From: an uncultured bacterium
Lineage (GTDB): Bacteria > Bacillota > Clostridia > Oscillospirales > CAG-272
Reading direction: 5' to 3'
Assembly: GCA_949282345.1 (NCBI GenBank)
Contig: CASDOQ010000025.1
Location: forward strand, 20,127-84,126
Length of the DNA stretch: 64,000 nucleotides
This document shows positions 28,186 to 37,263 of the stretch, piece after piece. Positions within the stretch are counted from its first letter, which is position 1. Every line of letters begins with the position of its first letter. Under the pieces are notes generated by a model. The model was not told where the DNA came from. It worked only from the letters and a program-made list of their open reading frames with translations, and ran no database searches. A program made the translations under genes and the position numbers.

Positions 28186-30429
28186 TTAACGCGTCTCCCC
28201 GGTTGCCCGCAACCGTTCTGAAAGAAGCGTATACCTGAGAAATTGCCGGTTATTATGCACCATTTCCTCCAGTACGTCCCTGCGCCCGACCAGAATCACG
28301 CGGGTACGCGCCCGTGTAACGGCCGTATAAAGAAGATTGCGGGTCTTCAACATCGGGGGGCAGGAATAGAGCGGGATGATGACAGTCCCGTACTCACTCC
28401 CCTGGCTTTTGTGTACCGTAATGGCATACGCCAGTTCAAGTTCGTCGAAGAGCGCACGGTCATAGCGCGCCAGATGCCGCTCATCATATCGGACATCCAG
28501 ATAATTTCCCGCCGGATCAACGCTTTCCACAATCCCCACGTCCCCGTTGAAAACTCCGTCGGTTCCCGCGCCGCTCTCCAGCCATTCAACGGCGTAATTA
28601 TTGCGTATCTGCATCACGCGGTCGCCTTGCCGGAACGTGCGGGTCGAGAGATTGATTTCGGCTTTCCCGGGGGCGGGAGGGTTGAGCGTCTTTTGCAAGA
28701 GCGCGTTGAGCGATTCGGTCCCGTTCCCGCCCCGACGCGAGGGAGTGATCAGCTGCATCTGCTCCGCGATCGACTCCCCGTAAGCGCGTGGCAGACGCCG
28801 TGCCATCAGATCGGCGATTGTGGCAGATATCTGCTCTTCCCTGCGCGGCAAGAAGAAGAAATCGTTATCGCGTGCCGAAAGTTCGGGCATGACCCCGGCA
28901 TTGATCCTGTGGGCGTTCGTGACGATCAGACTGCTTTCCGACTGGCGGAATATCTCGTTCAGCCTTACGGTGTTCAGACACCCGCTGTGTATCATATCGC
29001 CGAGAACGTTGCCGGCACCGACCGAGGGAAGCTGATCGGCGTCTCCGACGAAGATCAGGCGTGCGCCGTGCTTGATCGCGCGCAAAAACGCCTCGGTCAG
29101 GAGAATATCCAGCATCGAGGACTCGTCCAGGATAAAAACGTCCTCATCGAGCGGATTCCGGGCATTCCGCCCGAATACGGGAAGTTCCCCGTCGTTCCGG
29201 ACGGTCTCCAGAAGGCGATGAATCGTCTTGGCTTCTGCCGAGGTCGCCTCGCTCATCCGTTTGGCGGCGCGCCCGGTCGGGGCGGCCAACGCGACCTTCA
29301 TCCCGAGACTACTAAAGATATTGAGCAATCCCTTGATGATCGTGGTCTTTCCGGTTCCCGGGCCTCCCGTCAGGATCAGCACGCCGCCTTTCATGGCTTC
29401 GTAAAGCGCGCGGCGTTGCATCGGCGCATATCGGATGCCGGATTCGACCTCGGCTTTTTCTATCAGACGTTCGATGTCGGGAAGTTCAAACGCGGGGCAA
29501 TGAGCATCCAACCAAAGGAGCCGCTCCGCCGTGAAGCGTTCCGCCTCATAGAAAGAACGGAGGTACCAATATTCTGTTTCTCCCGAGCGGTAACGGCATA
29601 AAAGCCCCTCCTTTGCCGCCTCTTCCATGGTCGTAAAAATCAGTTCTTCAGAAACGCCGAGTTTTTCTTTTGCCGCCTCCGCCAACTTTTCACGCGGCAG
29701 ACAGCAATGTCCGTTCGTATTGGCATTATACTGCAGAAGATAAATAAGACCGCTGACGATCCGCTCACGCGATTCGCGGCCGATCCCGAGGGAGGCCGCG
29801 AGCGCATCCGCCCGCTCGAAGCCGATGCCGTAGATCTCACTGCACAGGCGGTAGGGGTTTTCACGGATGATCCCGACCGAACTGCCGCCCCAGCGGCTGT
29901 AGATCCTTGTGATGGCGGCACTGCCGAAATAATCCCGGCAAAACATCATAAGATTGCGGATGCCGGTCTGCTCTACGAAAGAATCGTGTATCTCCTTGGC
30001 GCGCTTCACCGAAATGCCGGGAATGTCCGCCAGCCAGTCGGGGTGATTTTCCATGACGTCAAAAGTGTCGTCCCCGTAGCGTTCCACGATCTTGATGGCC
30101 GTGGCGGCCCCCACCCCGCGGACGGCGCGGGAGGAAAGATATTTCAGAATGGCGGCGGCGCCTGTCGGCAATTTTTTCTCATAAGATTCAACCGAAAACT
30201 GCCGGCCGTGTTCCGCGTGATGCGTCCACCGACCGTACAGAACGGCTTCCTCTCCCTCGGAGATATACGGCATATTTCCGACCGCGACGGTGCTCTCCCC
30301 GGCATCGGTGATCAACTCGATGACGGTGTATTCTCGGTTCTCGCTCCGGTAGATCACCGACTCAACGCTCCCGGAAATACTGACCTTTTCCTTCTCCGTA
30401 AAAGATGGTTCTGTTCTTTCCTTTCTCAT
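28186..30429 (-). CDS. recD2: RecD2-type SF1 5'-3' DNA helicase
   Basis: About 747 aa from the ATG at 30429. Has an N-terminal OB-like segment, HhH region, Walker A LTGGPGTGKTT, FILDESSM, and a C-terminal SH3-like/2B region. The longer ORF-track start was rejected. Confidence 0.85.
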   Translation of the reverse strand: MRKERTEPSFTEKEKVSISGSVESVIYRSENREYTVIELITDAGESTVAVGNMPYISEGEEAVLYGRWTHHAEHGRQFSVESYEKKLPTGAAAILKYLSSRAVRGVGAATAIKIVERYGDDTFDVMENHPDWLADIPGISVKRAKEIHDSFVEQTGIRNLMMFCRDYFGSAAITRIYSRWGGSSVGIIRENPYRLCSEIYGIGFERADALAASLGIGRESRERIVSGLIYLLQYNANTNGHCCLPREKLAEAAKEKLGVSEELIFTTMEEAAKEGLLCRYRSGETEYWYLRSFYEAERFTAERLLWLDAHCPAFELPDIERLIEKAEVESGIRYAPMQRRALYEAMKGGVLILTGGPGTGKTTIIKGLLNIFSSLGMKVALAAPTGRAAKRMSEATSAEAKTIHRLLETVRNDGELPVFGRNARNPLDEDVFILDESSMLDILLTEAFLRAIKHGARLIFVGDADQLPSVGAGNVLGDMIHSGCLNTVRLNEIFRQSESSLIVTNAHRINAGVMPELSARDNDFFFLPRREEQISATIADLMARRLPRAYGESIAEQMQLITPSRRGGNGTESLNALLQKTLNPPAPGKAEINLSTRTFRQGDRVMQIRNNYAVEWLESGAGTDGVFNGDVGIVESVDPAGNYLDVRYDERHLARYDRALFDELELAYAITVHKSQGSEYGTVIIPLYSCPPMLKTRNLLYTAVTRARTRVILVGRRDVLEEMVHNNRQFLRYTLLSERLRATGETR

Positions 30430-30730
30430 TCTCGTCCTCGTATAAAAGATAGATGTCGGCATCGAGCCCGGACAGTTCCTCGAGCGCTTCCCGCCGCAAC
30501 GGGCAGTCGACGAGCAGAACGGGGAATTCTCCGCATCCGGCCTCTGCCCCGATCCGAAGAGCGTCCAGTTCTTCCCCGATCTCATCCACAGAATATCCAA
30601 GCCCTACGTGTACCCCCGGGGAAGAACGCGCCCGCCCGGAAGTCACCCGGAAAAAAGCGCCGCGCAATGCGGCATACAGGCCGTACGCCCCCAGGGCACA
30701 GATCAGAATCCTCAACAAATCGTATAACAT
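30362..30730 (-). CDS. hypothetical small protein with an N-terminal hydrophobic helix
   Basis: 122 aa with a GGGAGG Shine-Dalgarno 8 nt upstream. N-terminus LLRILICALGAYGLYAAL. The 3' end overlaps the preferred recD2 start by 68 nt. Confidence 0.5.
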   Translation of the reverse strand: MLYDLLRILICALGAYGLYAALRGAFFRVTSGRARSSPGVHVGLGYSVDEIGEELDALRIGAEAGCGEFPVLLVDCPLRREALEELSGLDADIYLLYEDENEKGKNRTIFYGEGKGQYFRER

Positions 30731-30735
30731 AAGAA

Positions 30736-30768
30736 CCGCCTCCCGGGTACAGGATATGCGGGAGGCGG
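30736..30768 (-). terminator. 10-bp GC-rich hairpin after metK (terminator/attenuator) that includes the Shine-Dalgarno of the next ORF
   Basis: Minus strand CCGCCUCCCG-(13-nt loop)-CGGGAGGCGG followed by UUCUUAUGUUAU. The 3' arm contains GGGAGG, the Shine-Dalgarno of ORF 30362-30730. Confidence 0.55.
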
Positions 30769-30776
30769 AATTTTGG

Positions 30777-31955
30777 TTAAAGCAAACGGGAGAGTTCCGG
30801 GGCGATGTCGGTCTTTTCCCAGGGGGCGTTCAGGTCTTCCCGTCCCATATGACCGTAGGTCGCAAAGTCGCGGTAGATCGGACGGCGCAGGTCAAAGCGG
30901 CTGATGATGGCGGCAGGACGGAGGTCGACGAGTTCGGTCAGGCGTTCGCAAATCTCATCCTCGGGTACGCGCGCCGTGCCGAACGTCTCGACCATGACCG
31001 AAACCGGGCGCGCCACGCCGATGGCGTAAGCGATCTGCACCTCGCATTTATCGGCAAGACCGGCCGCAACCACGTTTTTGGCGAGATACCGGGCGGCATA
31101 GGAAGCCGAGCGGTCAACCTTGGTCGGATCTTTTCCAGAGAAGGCGCCGCCGCCGTGGCGGGAATAGCCGCCATACGTATCCACGATGATCTTGCGTCCG
31201 GTAAGGCCGGTATCTCCCGCCGGACCGCCAACCACAAAGCGACCGGTCGGGTTCACATAAACCTTAGTTTTTTCCGAAAGGAGTTCAGCCGGAACAACCG
31301 GGCGGATGACCTCCCGGATAATATCCTCTTTCATGCGCTCCATGTTGACTGACGCATCGTGCTGAGAAGAGACCACGACCGTATCGACGCGCACGGGGCG
31401 GCCATCCTCATATTCGACCGTGACCTGCGTCTTTCCGTCGGGACGGAGATACGGGAGCGTGCCGTTTTTACGCACCTCGGTCAGGCGCTTGGCAAGCCGG
31501 TGCGCCAGCGAGATCGGGAGCGGCATGAGTTCTTTCGTCTCCCGGCAGGCATAGCCGAACATCAGTCCCTGGTCACCGGCCCCGGTGTTCAACCCGTCGG
31601 TCATCTCGCCGGACTTTGCCTCGGCGCAACGGTCTACCCCCAGCGCAATATCCGGGGACTGCTCGTGGATCGAGGTCATCACCGCGCAGGAATCGGCATC
31701 AAAACCGCCGAGCGCATCGGTATATCCGATCGAACGCACCGTATCGCGGACGATCGAAGGAATATCCACGTACGCCTCGGTCGTCACTTCGCCCATCACG
31801 GTCACAATACCGGTGGTGGCAAAGGTCTCGCAGGCCACGCGGGAGTTCGGATCCTTCGCCAGCATGGCATCCAGGATGGCGTCCGAAATCATATCGCACA
31901 TTTTATCGGGATGTCCCTCGGTGACGGATTCGGATGTAAAAAGCCTTTTGCTCAT
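30777..31955 (-). CDS. metK: S-adenosylmethionine synthetase
   Basis: 392 aa from the ATG at 31955 with [17 protein letters not shown] and [16 protein letters not shown]. Confidence 0.97.
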   Translation of the reverse strand: MSKRLFTSESVTEGHPDKMCDMISDAILDAMLAKDPNSRVACETFATTGIVTVMGEVTTEAYVDIPSIVRDTVRSIGYTDALGGFDADSCAVMTSIHEQSPDIALGVDRCAEAKSGEMTDGLNTGAGDQGLMFGYACRETKELMPLPISLAHRLAKRLTEVRKNGTLPYLRPDGKTQVTVEYEDGRPVRVDTVVVSSQHDASVNMERMKEDIIREVIRPVVPAELLSEKTKVYVNPTGRFVVGGPAGDTGLTGRKIIVDTYGGYSRHGGGAFSGKDPTKVDRSASYAARYLAKNVVAAGLADKCEVQIAYAIGVARPVSVMVETFGTARVPEDEICERLTELVDLRPAAIISRFDLRRPIYRDFATYGHMGREDLNAPWEKTDIAPELSRLL

Positions 31956-31992
31956 TTTTCTTCCTCGCTTTTCTTCGTATATGTCGTATATC

Positions 31993-32118
31993 AAATAAAA
32001 GCCGGGACGCAGATGCGCCCCGACGTTTCTCTCTCATCTATCGGGAATTAGCACCTTGAATCAACAGGTTGCCGGGCTTCACAGGGCCAGTCCCTCCGCC
32101 GCTCTTGATAAGATATTC
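31993..32118 (-). promoter_or_regulatory. SAM-I (S-box) riboswitch with expression-platform terminator
   Basis: The minus strand reads UCUUAUCAAGAGCGGCGGAGGGACUGGCCCUGUGAAGCCCGGCAACC...AAGGUGCUAAUUCCCGAUAGAUGAGAG, matching the S-box core. It is followed by a GGGGCGC-AUCU-GCGUCCC hairpin and a U-rich tail. Confidence 0.9.
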
Positions 32119-32130
32119 AGTTACAGATCC

Positions 32131-32159
32131 AGTATATCATATCGCCGCGGTTTTTGCAA
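32131..32159 (-). promoter_or_regulatory. sigma-A promoter candidate for S-box-metK
   Basis: Minus strand TTGCAA, 17-nt spacer, (TGa)TATACT extended -10, just upstream of the riboswitch. Confidence 0.55.
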
Positions 32160-32372
32160 GCTCTTTTTTATTTTTTCCGCGTATAGCTTTCAAAATTGCG
32201 CTCTTTTCGGCAAAAGCCTTGCATTCTTCACGCATCAACCCCGTAATGAAAGAAAACGATCGACCGGAAACCGATAGAACAAATCGCTTTGGCAGCGGTG
32301 AACTATGCGGCGATGCGTGAAAGCGCAAAGGCCCGGCGTTCGTGGAGGGGGCGCGCCTCGCTATCCATATAG

Positions 32373-32402
32373 AAAAACGCCGGGGTTGCATCCGGCGTTT
32401 TT
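32373..32402. terminator. intrinsic terminator downstream of rpe
   Basis: A5-ACGCCGG-(8-nt loop)-CCGGCGT-T5, about 65 nt after the rpe stop. Confidence 0.65.
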
Positions 32403-32464
32403 CCTGCGGAAAAGAAATTTCAGCGAAATATGGCTTTCGGAAATCGGCGGGGAAAATTTGATTT

Positions 32465-33121
32465 TTATTTTTCTTCCCCGCGCAGGTTTTTGATTGCGGC
32501 GCGCCTGTCTGCCGCGGAAAAGATCGAAGAGCCCGCCACGAGAATATCCGCCCCGGCGGCGATCGCCTGCGGCGCGGTCTTTTCGTTGATGCCGCCGTCC
32601 ACCTCCACAGAGACCTGCGTAAGGCCGCGCCGGTCAAGTTCTCCGCGGAGGATACGCACCTTGTCAAGCGTTTCGGGGATCAGGGCCTGCCCGCCGAATC
32701 CCGGCTCCACTGTCATGACCAGAATATAGTCGCACCGATCAAGATAGGGAAAAATGCTTTCCGCCGGGGTAGCGGGCTTAATGGCAAGGCCGACGCGTTT
32801 TCCGTTCAGACGAATGGTATCGAGCGCAATGCCAATGTCGGCACAGGCTTCAAAATGGACCGAGATCCAGTCGGCTCCCGCTTCGATAAAGCGTTCTATG
32901 TAACGTTCCGGCTCCGTGATCATCAGATGGACGTCAAACGCCAATGCGGTGTGCGGCCGCAGGGAGGCGATGACGGGAATACCGAAGCTGATGTTGGGGA
33001 CGAATACTCCGTCCATCACATCAAGGTGCAAGACGTCGGCGCCGGCGTTCTCGATCGACTTCGCCTCGTTCGCCATCGCGGAAAAATCACAGGAAAGCAT
33101 GGAAGGTGCAATTTTAATCAT
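32465..33121 (-). CDS. rpe: ribulose-phosphate 3-epimerase
   Basis: 218 aa with IAPSMLSCDF, HLDVMDGVFVPN and MTVEPGFGGQ motifs. Confidence 0.95.
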   Translation of the reverse strand: MIKIAPSMLSCDFSAMANEAKSIENAGADVLHLDVMDGVFVPNISFGIPVIASLRPHTALAFDVHLMITEPERYIERFIEAGADWISVHFEACADIGIALDTIRLNGKRVGLAIKPATPAESIFPYLDRCDYILVMTVEPGFGGQALIPETLDKVRILRGELDRRGLTQVSVEVDGGINEKTAPQAIAAGADILVAGSSIFSAADRRAAIKNLRGEEK

Positions 33122-33372
33122 ATTGAATCCTCATTTGAAAAATATCGTTATTTGTCTGTGGCAGGGCGGCGGCGATGCCATAAGATGAATAGTGCAGGGA
33201 AAAGATTCCGCACCCGCCGGTGCGCAAGAAGCGAAAAAGCAGGAAGTGAACCCTACGGCGTACCGCGGTGCGTGGGGCGGGCAACCGCCCTTTTTATTTT
33301 TTCCGGATCCCGCTTCTCGGATCCGTCGGTTTGTTTTTCGTTTTTCGTCCAGAAGGTCGCGTCCGGCACGGT

Positions 33373-33864
33373 TCAGGCCTTTTCTTCGGACAGGGAGAGC
33401 AGGCAGACCGCGTGACACGCGATCCCCTCCCCGCGACCGGTAAAGCCCAGCCCCTCCTCGGTCGTGGCCTTGATATTGACGGCACAGCCTCCGAAAAGCT
33501 CGCGAATACAGGCGCACATGGCCGGCAGGTACGGAGAAAGCTTCGGTCGTTCGGCAATGACGGTAGCGTCTATATTCACAACGGTGGCGGCGTGCGTGCC
33601 TGCAAGCGCGGCCACACGGCGGCAAAGTTCCCGGCTGTCGATATCCCGATATGCCTCGTCACTGTCGGGGAAATGATAGCCGATGTCGCGCTCTCCAAGC
33701 GCCCCCAGCACGGCGTCCATGATCGCGTGAAGAAGGCAGTCGGCATCCGAATGCCCGAGAAGCCCCTCGGCGTGCGGGATCTTCACCCCGCCGAGGACAA
33801 GATCGCGCCCGATACAGAAGCGGTGAACGTCATAACCGTGACCGATACGGAACGGTACTGTCAT
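33373..33864 (-). CDS. ispF: 2-C-methyl-D-erythritol 2,4-cyclodiphosphate synthase
   Basis: 163 aa with RIGHGYDVHRF and GHSDADCLLHAIMDA. Its start overlaps the ispD stop by 4 nt. Confidence 0.95.
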   Translation of the reverse strand: MTVPFRIGHGYDVHRFCIGRDLVLGGVKIPHAEGLLGHSDADCLLHAIMDAVLGALGERDIGYHFPDSDEAYRDIDSRELCRRVAALAGTHAATVVNIDATVIAERPKLSPYLPAMCACIRELFGGCAVNIKATTEEGLGFTGRGEGIACHAVCLLSLSEEKA

Positions 33865-34694
33865 TTTCTTTTCTCCTTGAAGATCTTCGCTTTTCGGACA
33901 CCTTTCCTCTTTTGCCCGGGAAGAGAGTCCTGAGGTTTCTTTTCGTCCGCTTTATTGCGGGCGGCAAGAATCGACTCGGCCAGCGCGATGTCCCCGGGAA
34001 CCGTCAGTTTCATGGCATCGGAGGAGACGGGAACGACAGCCACACGCTGTCCCAGCGATTCGATCAGCCCATTGTCGTCGGTAACCGAAAGTCCCTCCCG
34101 CAGGGCCGACGTCGCGGCGCTGATATACATGGGATAGGAAAAGACCTGAGGCGTTGCGGCAAGAAAAACCATGCCACGGTCAAGCGTTTTCGTGATATAT
34201 CCTTCGGAATTCACCACTTTTACGGTATCCCGGACCGGGATGCCGAGGCTGGCCGCCCCCACCGCATAGGCGCGGCTGATGACGGCATCGATCTGTTCCG
34301 ACGTGACAAGACAGCGGGCGGCATCGTGTATGGCGATAAAACGCGTCCCCTCCGGAACACAACGCGCTCCGTTATAAGCCGAACGCTGACGGGTAGCCCC
34401 GCCGCCTGTCAACCGACGCACCTTGGAAAAGCCGGAGGAAGCGATCAGTTGCTTTGTTTTTTCCTTATCCTCCGGACGGCAGACCACCACGATATCATCC
34501 ACATAATCGCTTCTTTCAAAAGCCGAGAGCGAATGCCAGAGAACGGGGCGACCGCCGAGCAGAAGCCATTGCTTCGGCGTCCCGATCCCCATGCGGGTCC
34601 CCGCTCCACCGGCAAGGATCACGGCTGCCGTCCGTGGGCGCGGGCGGCCTGCAACCAAACGGATACAAGAGGAAAGCCCATGCAAAAACGTCAT
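33861..34694 (-). CDS. ispD: 2-C-methyl-D-erythritol 4-phosphate cytidylyltransferase
   Basis: 277 aa with AVILAGGAGTRMG and PKQW. Has a basic C-terminal tail of about 35 aa not typical of IspD. Confidence 0.9.
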   Translation of the reverse strand: MTFLHGLSSCIRLVAGRPRPRTAAVILAGGAGTRMGIGTPKQWLLLGGRPVLWHSLSAFERSDYVDDIVVVCRPEDKEKTKQLIASSGFSKVRRLTGGGATRQRSAYNGARCVPEGTRFIAIHDAARCLVTSEQIDAVISRAYAVGAASLGIPVRDTVKVVNSEGYITKTLDRGMVFLAATPQVFSYPMYISAATSALREGLSVTDDNGLIESLGQRVAVVPVSSDAMKLTVPGDIALAESILAARNKADEKKPQDSLPGQKRKGVRKAKIFKEKRK

Positions 34695-35017
34695 TATTTC
34701 CGATGATACACATAGTGAGCGGTCACCGTGCGTATCTTTCCTCCCTCTTCGAGATTCGGGCCACGGAGGATCACCCCGTCACCTGACATCAATTCGCTGA
34801 TCTCCAATTCGCGGTAATCAACACGAAGAAGAATCTCCCCGGAGGAAAAGACCAGAAATTCATCGCCGTGCAAAGCGAGATTTCCACCCCGGCCGACCAC
34901 GTCCTCGTTATCCCCGTGCCGCTCGGTCACGTACTGGATCACAAGGCCGTGCAACGCCTCGGCGCGGCGACGTTTTTTTGCATTTTCCCCTCCGAAGAGG
35001 CGATTGATGAGAGACAT
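34694..35017 (-). CDS. hypothetical protein (107 aa)
   Basis: ATG at 35017 with an AAAGGA Shine-Dalgarno. Its stop shares one nt with the ispD start (TAATG). I recognise no family. The longer ORF-track start would run into the mraZ promoter. Confidence 0.5.
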   Translation of the reverse strand: MSLINRLFGGENAKKRRRAEALHGLVIQYVTERHGDNEDVVGRGGNLALHGDEFLVFSSGEILLRVDYRELEISELMSGDGVILRGPNLEEGGKIRTVTAHYVYHRK

Positions 35018-35181
35018 GACATCCTTTCTGACCCCGCGCAGATACGCGCACGGTCTGCCGGCAGTTTTCTTTTCCTCTTTAGTATAACATATTTTCCCCT
35101 TTCGGTAAATGCTTTCCGCAGATTTTTTGCAGTTTCTTTGTTGTTGTTCAAAAGAAATTCGGAAAAAATTTATTTTCACTC

Positions 35182-35210
35182 TTGACATTGATATCAAAAA
35201 GCAGTAAAAT
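35182..35210 (+). promoter_or_regulatory. consensus sigma-A promoter of the dcw operon (PmraZ)
   Basis: TTGACA (35182-35187), 17-nt spacer, TAAAAT (35205-35210). Confidence 0.65.
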
Positions 35211-35216
35211 GGAACT

Positions 35217-35254
35217 AAAGTGGTTCAAAGTGGAGCTATGTGGCGGTAAAGTGT
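35217..35254 (+). promoter_or_regulatory. MraZ operator candidate: four direct repeats at a pitch of about 10-11 nt
   Basis: AAAGTGG (35217), AAAGTGG (35227), (ct)ATGTGG (35238) and AAAGTGT (35248), immediately downstream of the -10 element. Confidence 0.55.
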
Positions 35255-35287
35255 ACCGATTACCCGGAAATCAGGAGGAAGGAAAAG

Positions 35288-35722
35288 ATGAACGGCTTTT
35301 ACGGCACGTATTCGCACTCTCTGGATGCGAAGAACCGCTTCTTCATCCCTTCCAAACTTCGGGACGGGCTGGGCAAGACCTTTTTCATCACACGGAAGAT
35401 CGGGAAACGCGCGCTTGTCGTATATCCGACCGAGGGATGGCTCAGACTAAAAGAAAAGATCGACAGCATTCCCGATTCGCAGGTCGGGGCGATCAAGGAA
35501 TACATTTATTCCAACTCAGCCGAAGTCACGCCCGACTCACAGGGACGCATTCTTCTTCCTGCGGAACTGGCCGCACACGCCGGGATCGACCGGGATCTCG
35601 TTCTGGTCGGGGTGAGTGATTACGTCCTCATCTATTCCGCCGCCAACTGGGAAGCGGAAAAGCGCCTGCAGGAAGAAAAAATGGAAGAAATGATGAAAAA
35701 ACTTCCGGAGCTCGGCTTATGA
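35288..35722 (+). CDS. mraZ: transcriptional regulator MraZ
   Basis: 144 aa from the ATG at 35288 (AGGAGGAAGGA Shine-Dalgarno). Has the two MraZ half-domains (SLDAKNRFFIPSKLR and TPDSQGRILLPAEL). Confidence 0.93.
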   Translation: MNGFYGTYSHSLDAKNRFFIPSKLRDGLGKTFFITRKIGKRALVVYPTEGWLRLKEKIDSIPDSQVGAIKEYIYSNSAEVTPDSQGRILLPAELAAHAGIDRDLVLVGVSDYVLIYSAANWEAEKRLQEEKMEEMMKKLPELGL

Positions 35723-36666
35723 GCGGTGAAAATGAATTTCATCATGTTTCCGTACTCCTGCACGAAACGGTGGAAGGACTGAATATCCGTCCCGACTATA
35801 CCTACGTCGACCTGACAACCGGCGGCGGCGGACACGCCTTTGAGATCGCTTCGCGTATTTCCGGCAACGGTCGGCTGATCTGCCTCGACCGTGACGAAGC
35901 CGCACTGGAAGCGGCAAAAAAACGGCTTGCGCCTTTTGCGGAACGCATCAGTTTCGTGCATGAAAATTTTGAAAATCTCGGCCGGATACTCCGCGAGCTT
36001 TCGGTTTCCAACCTCGGCGGAGTGGTAGCAGACCTCGGCTGTTCCAGTTTTCAGTTCGACACAGCAGAACGGGGATTCTCCTACAAGAGCGATGCACCTT
36101 TGGATATGCGGATGGATACCACCGCACCGCTGACGGCCTACGAGGTCGTCAACACCTATCCGGCGGACAGGCTCACCCGGATCCTCTCGGAATACGGGGA
36201 GGAACGCTTTGCCGCACGGATCGCCGCAAAAATCGCGGAAAGAAGAAGCAACGAACCGATCCGCACCACGGTGGAACTTTCCGATATTATCCGCGCCGCC
36301 ATTCCCGCCGCCGCCCGCGAGGGAGGACCTCATCCTGCCAAGCGCAGTTTTCAGGCCATACGGATTGAAGTGAACCGGGAACTGGATGCCATCGCCCCGG
36401 CACTCAACGCGGCGATAGACGCCCTCGTCCCCGGCGGAAGAATCTCAGTCATTTCCTTTCATTCTTTGGAAGACCGTATTGTAAAAAACACCTTTGCGGA
36501 TGCCATGACGGGATGCACCTGTCCCCGTGATTTCCCGGTCTGCGTCTGTCATCGAAAGCCGAAAATCCGGCTGATCAATAAAAAACCCATTCTCCCATCC
36601 AGTGAGGAAGAAAACGAAAATCCCCGTGCCCGGAGCGCAAAACTCCGGATTGCGGAAAAGATGTGA
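35719..36666 (+). CDS. rsmH: 16S rRNA (cytosine1402-N4)-methyltransferase RsmH
   Basis: 315 aa with HVSVLLHE, DLTTGGGGH and DLGCSSFQFD. Confidence 0.95.
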   Translation: MSGENEFHHVSVLLHETVEGLNIRPDYTYVDLTTGGGGHAFEIASRISGNGRLICLDRDEAALEAAKKRLAPFAERISFVHENFENLGRILRELSVSNLGGVVADLGCSSFQFDTAERGFSYKSDAPLDMRMDTTAPLTAYEVVNTYPADRLTRILSEYGEERFAARIAAKIAERRSNEPIRTTVELSDIIRAAIPAAAREGGPHPAKRSFQAIRIEVNRELDAIAPALNAAIDALVPGGRISVISFHSLEDRIVKNTFADAMTGCTCPRDFPVCVCHRKPKIRLINKKPILPSSEEENENPRARSAKLRIAEKM

Positions 36667-36679
36667 AAGGAACCATGCC

Positions 36680-37111
36680 ATGAGTGAAAGAATCACAAGA
36701 AACACCGATATTGATAACCCTTTGTATGAGAAATTGGCAACCCGTTTTTCTTACAGCGGAAAAACGGTGGCCGAAATGATGCTTTCCCGCGCGCGTGGCT
36801 CCTCCCGCACACTCTCCCCCACCACCCGGGACGAACTCCGGGATATGACGGTGGAAACGCATATTACCCATGCGAACCTTTTGCCGAAGGAAGCCGCCTG
36901 TATGGACGGTGCGCTTCTTTTGCCGCGTCCCGCCGGCCATCGGCTCCCCTTCTCTTCTCTTATGGCCATTCTCCTCGCCGTCTGCATTCTCTCCTATCTG
37001 CTGGCTGCGGGGATATTCCGTGGAGAGGATAAGCCCTCTTCACTGCATCCGGATAACAGCTTCAATCACGGGTTGCTCCTTCTTGAGGAGGGAGACCCGC
37101 GGGCTGTCTGA
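36680..37111 (+). CDS. single-pass membrane protein in the ftsL position, with atypical topology
   Basis: 143 aa from the ATG at 36680. About 100 aa precede the single helix (LPFSSLMAILLAVCILSYLLAAGIF) and only about 33 aa follow it. No obvious heptad coiled coil. Confidence 0.5.
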   Translation: MSERITRNTDIDNPLYEKLATRFSYSGKTVAEMMLSRARGSSRTLSPTTRDELRDMTVETHITHANLLPKEAACMDGALLLPRPAGHRLPFSSLMAILLAVCILSYLLAAGIFRGEDKPSSLHPDNSFNHGLLLLEEGDPRAV

Positions 37112-37263
37112 TCATTTTCCGGCACCGTGCGGGGCGGCACCCGCGCACGGCTGTCGGGAGGATCTTTCTCCGTATGTACGGCACGCATATTCCACCCCTG
37201 CCCCGAATAGAAATAGCGATAGACGGTTGTCTGTCGCTTTTTCTTTTTGCCGGAGGGGAGATC

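Noticed and set aside
28243-29601. 452-aa plus-strand ORF antisense to recD2; similar long antisense ORFs at 43889-45001 (ftsW), 14708-15904 (ATP-grasp), 20766-21656, 51588-52625 and 37066-37920
   Set aside because: All lie opposite genes with clear family motifs and have Arg/Gly/Pro-rich junk composition typical of high-GC genomes.
32160-32372. About 210 bp between the metK promoter and the rpe terminator, including a 24-codon plus-strand ATG ORF (MKENDRPETD...)
   Set aside because: There is no Shine-Dalgarno, no hairpin-defined transcript and no conservation signal that I can assess. It is probably plain intergenic spacer.
33160-33300. Considered SRP RNA, 6S RNA or a known riboswitch in the ispF-rpe spacer
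   Set aside because: I could not find the conserved cores from memory (SRP domain IV GGAA/AGCA motifs, the 6S central bubble, common riboswitch signatures). It is left as an unclassified structured spacer.
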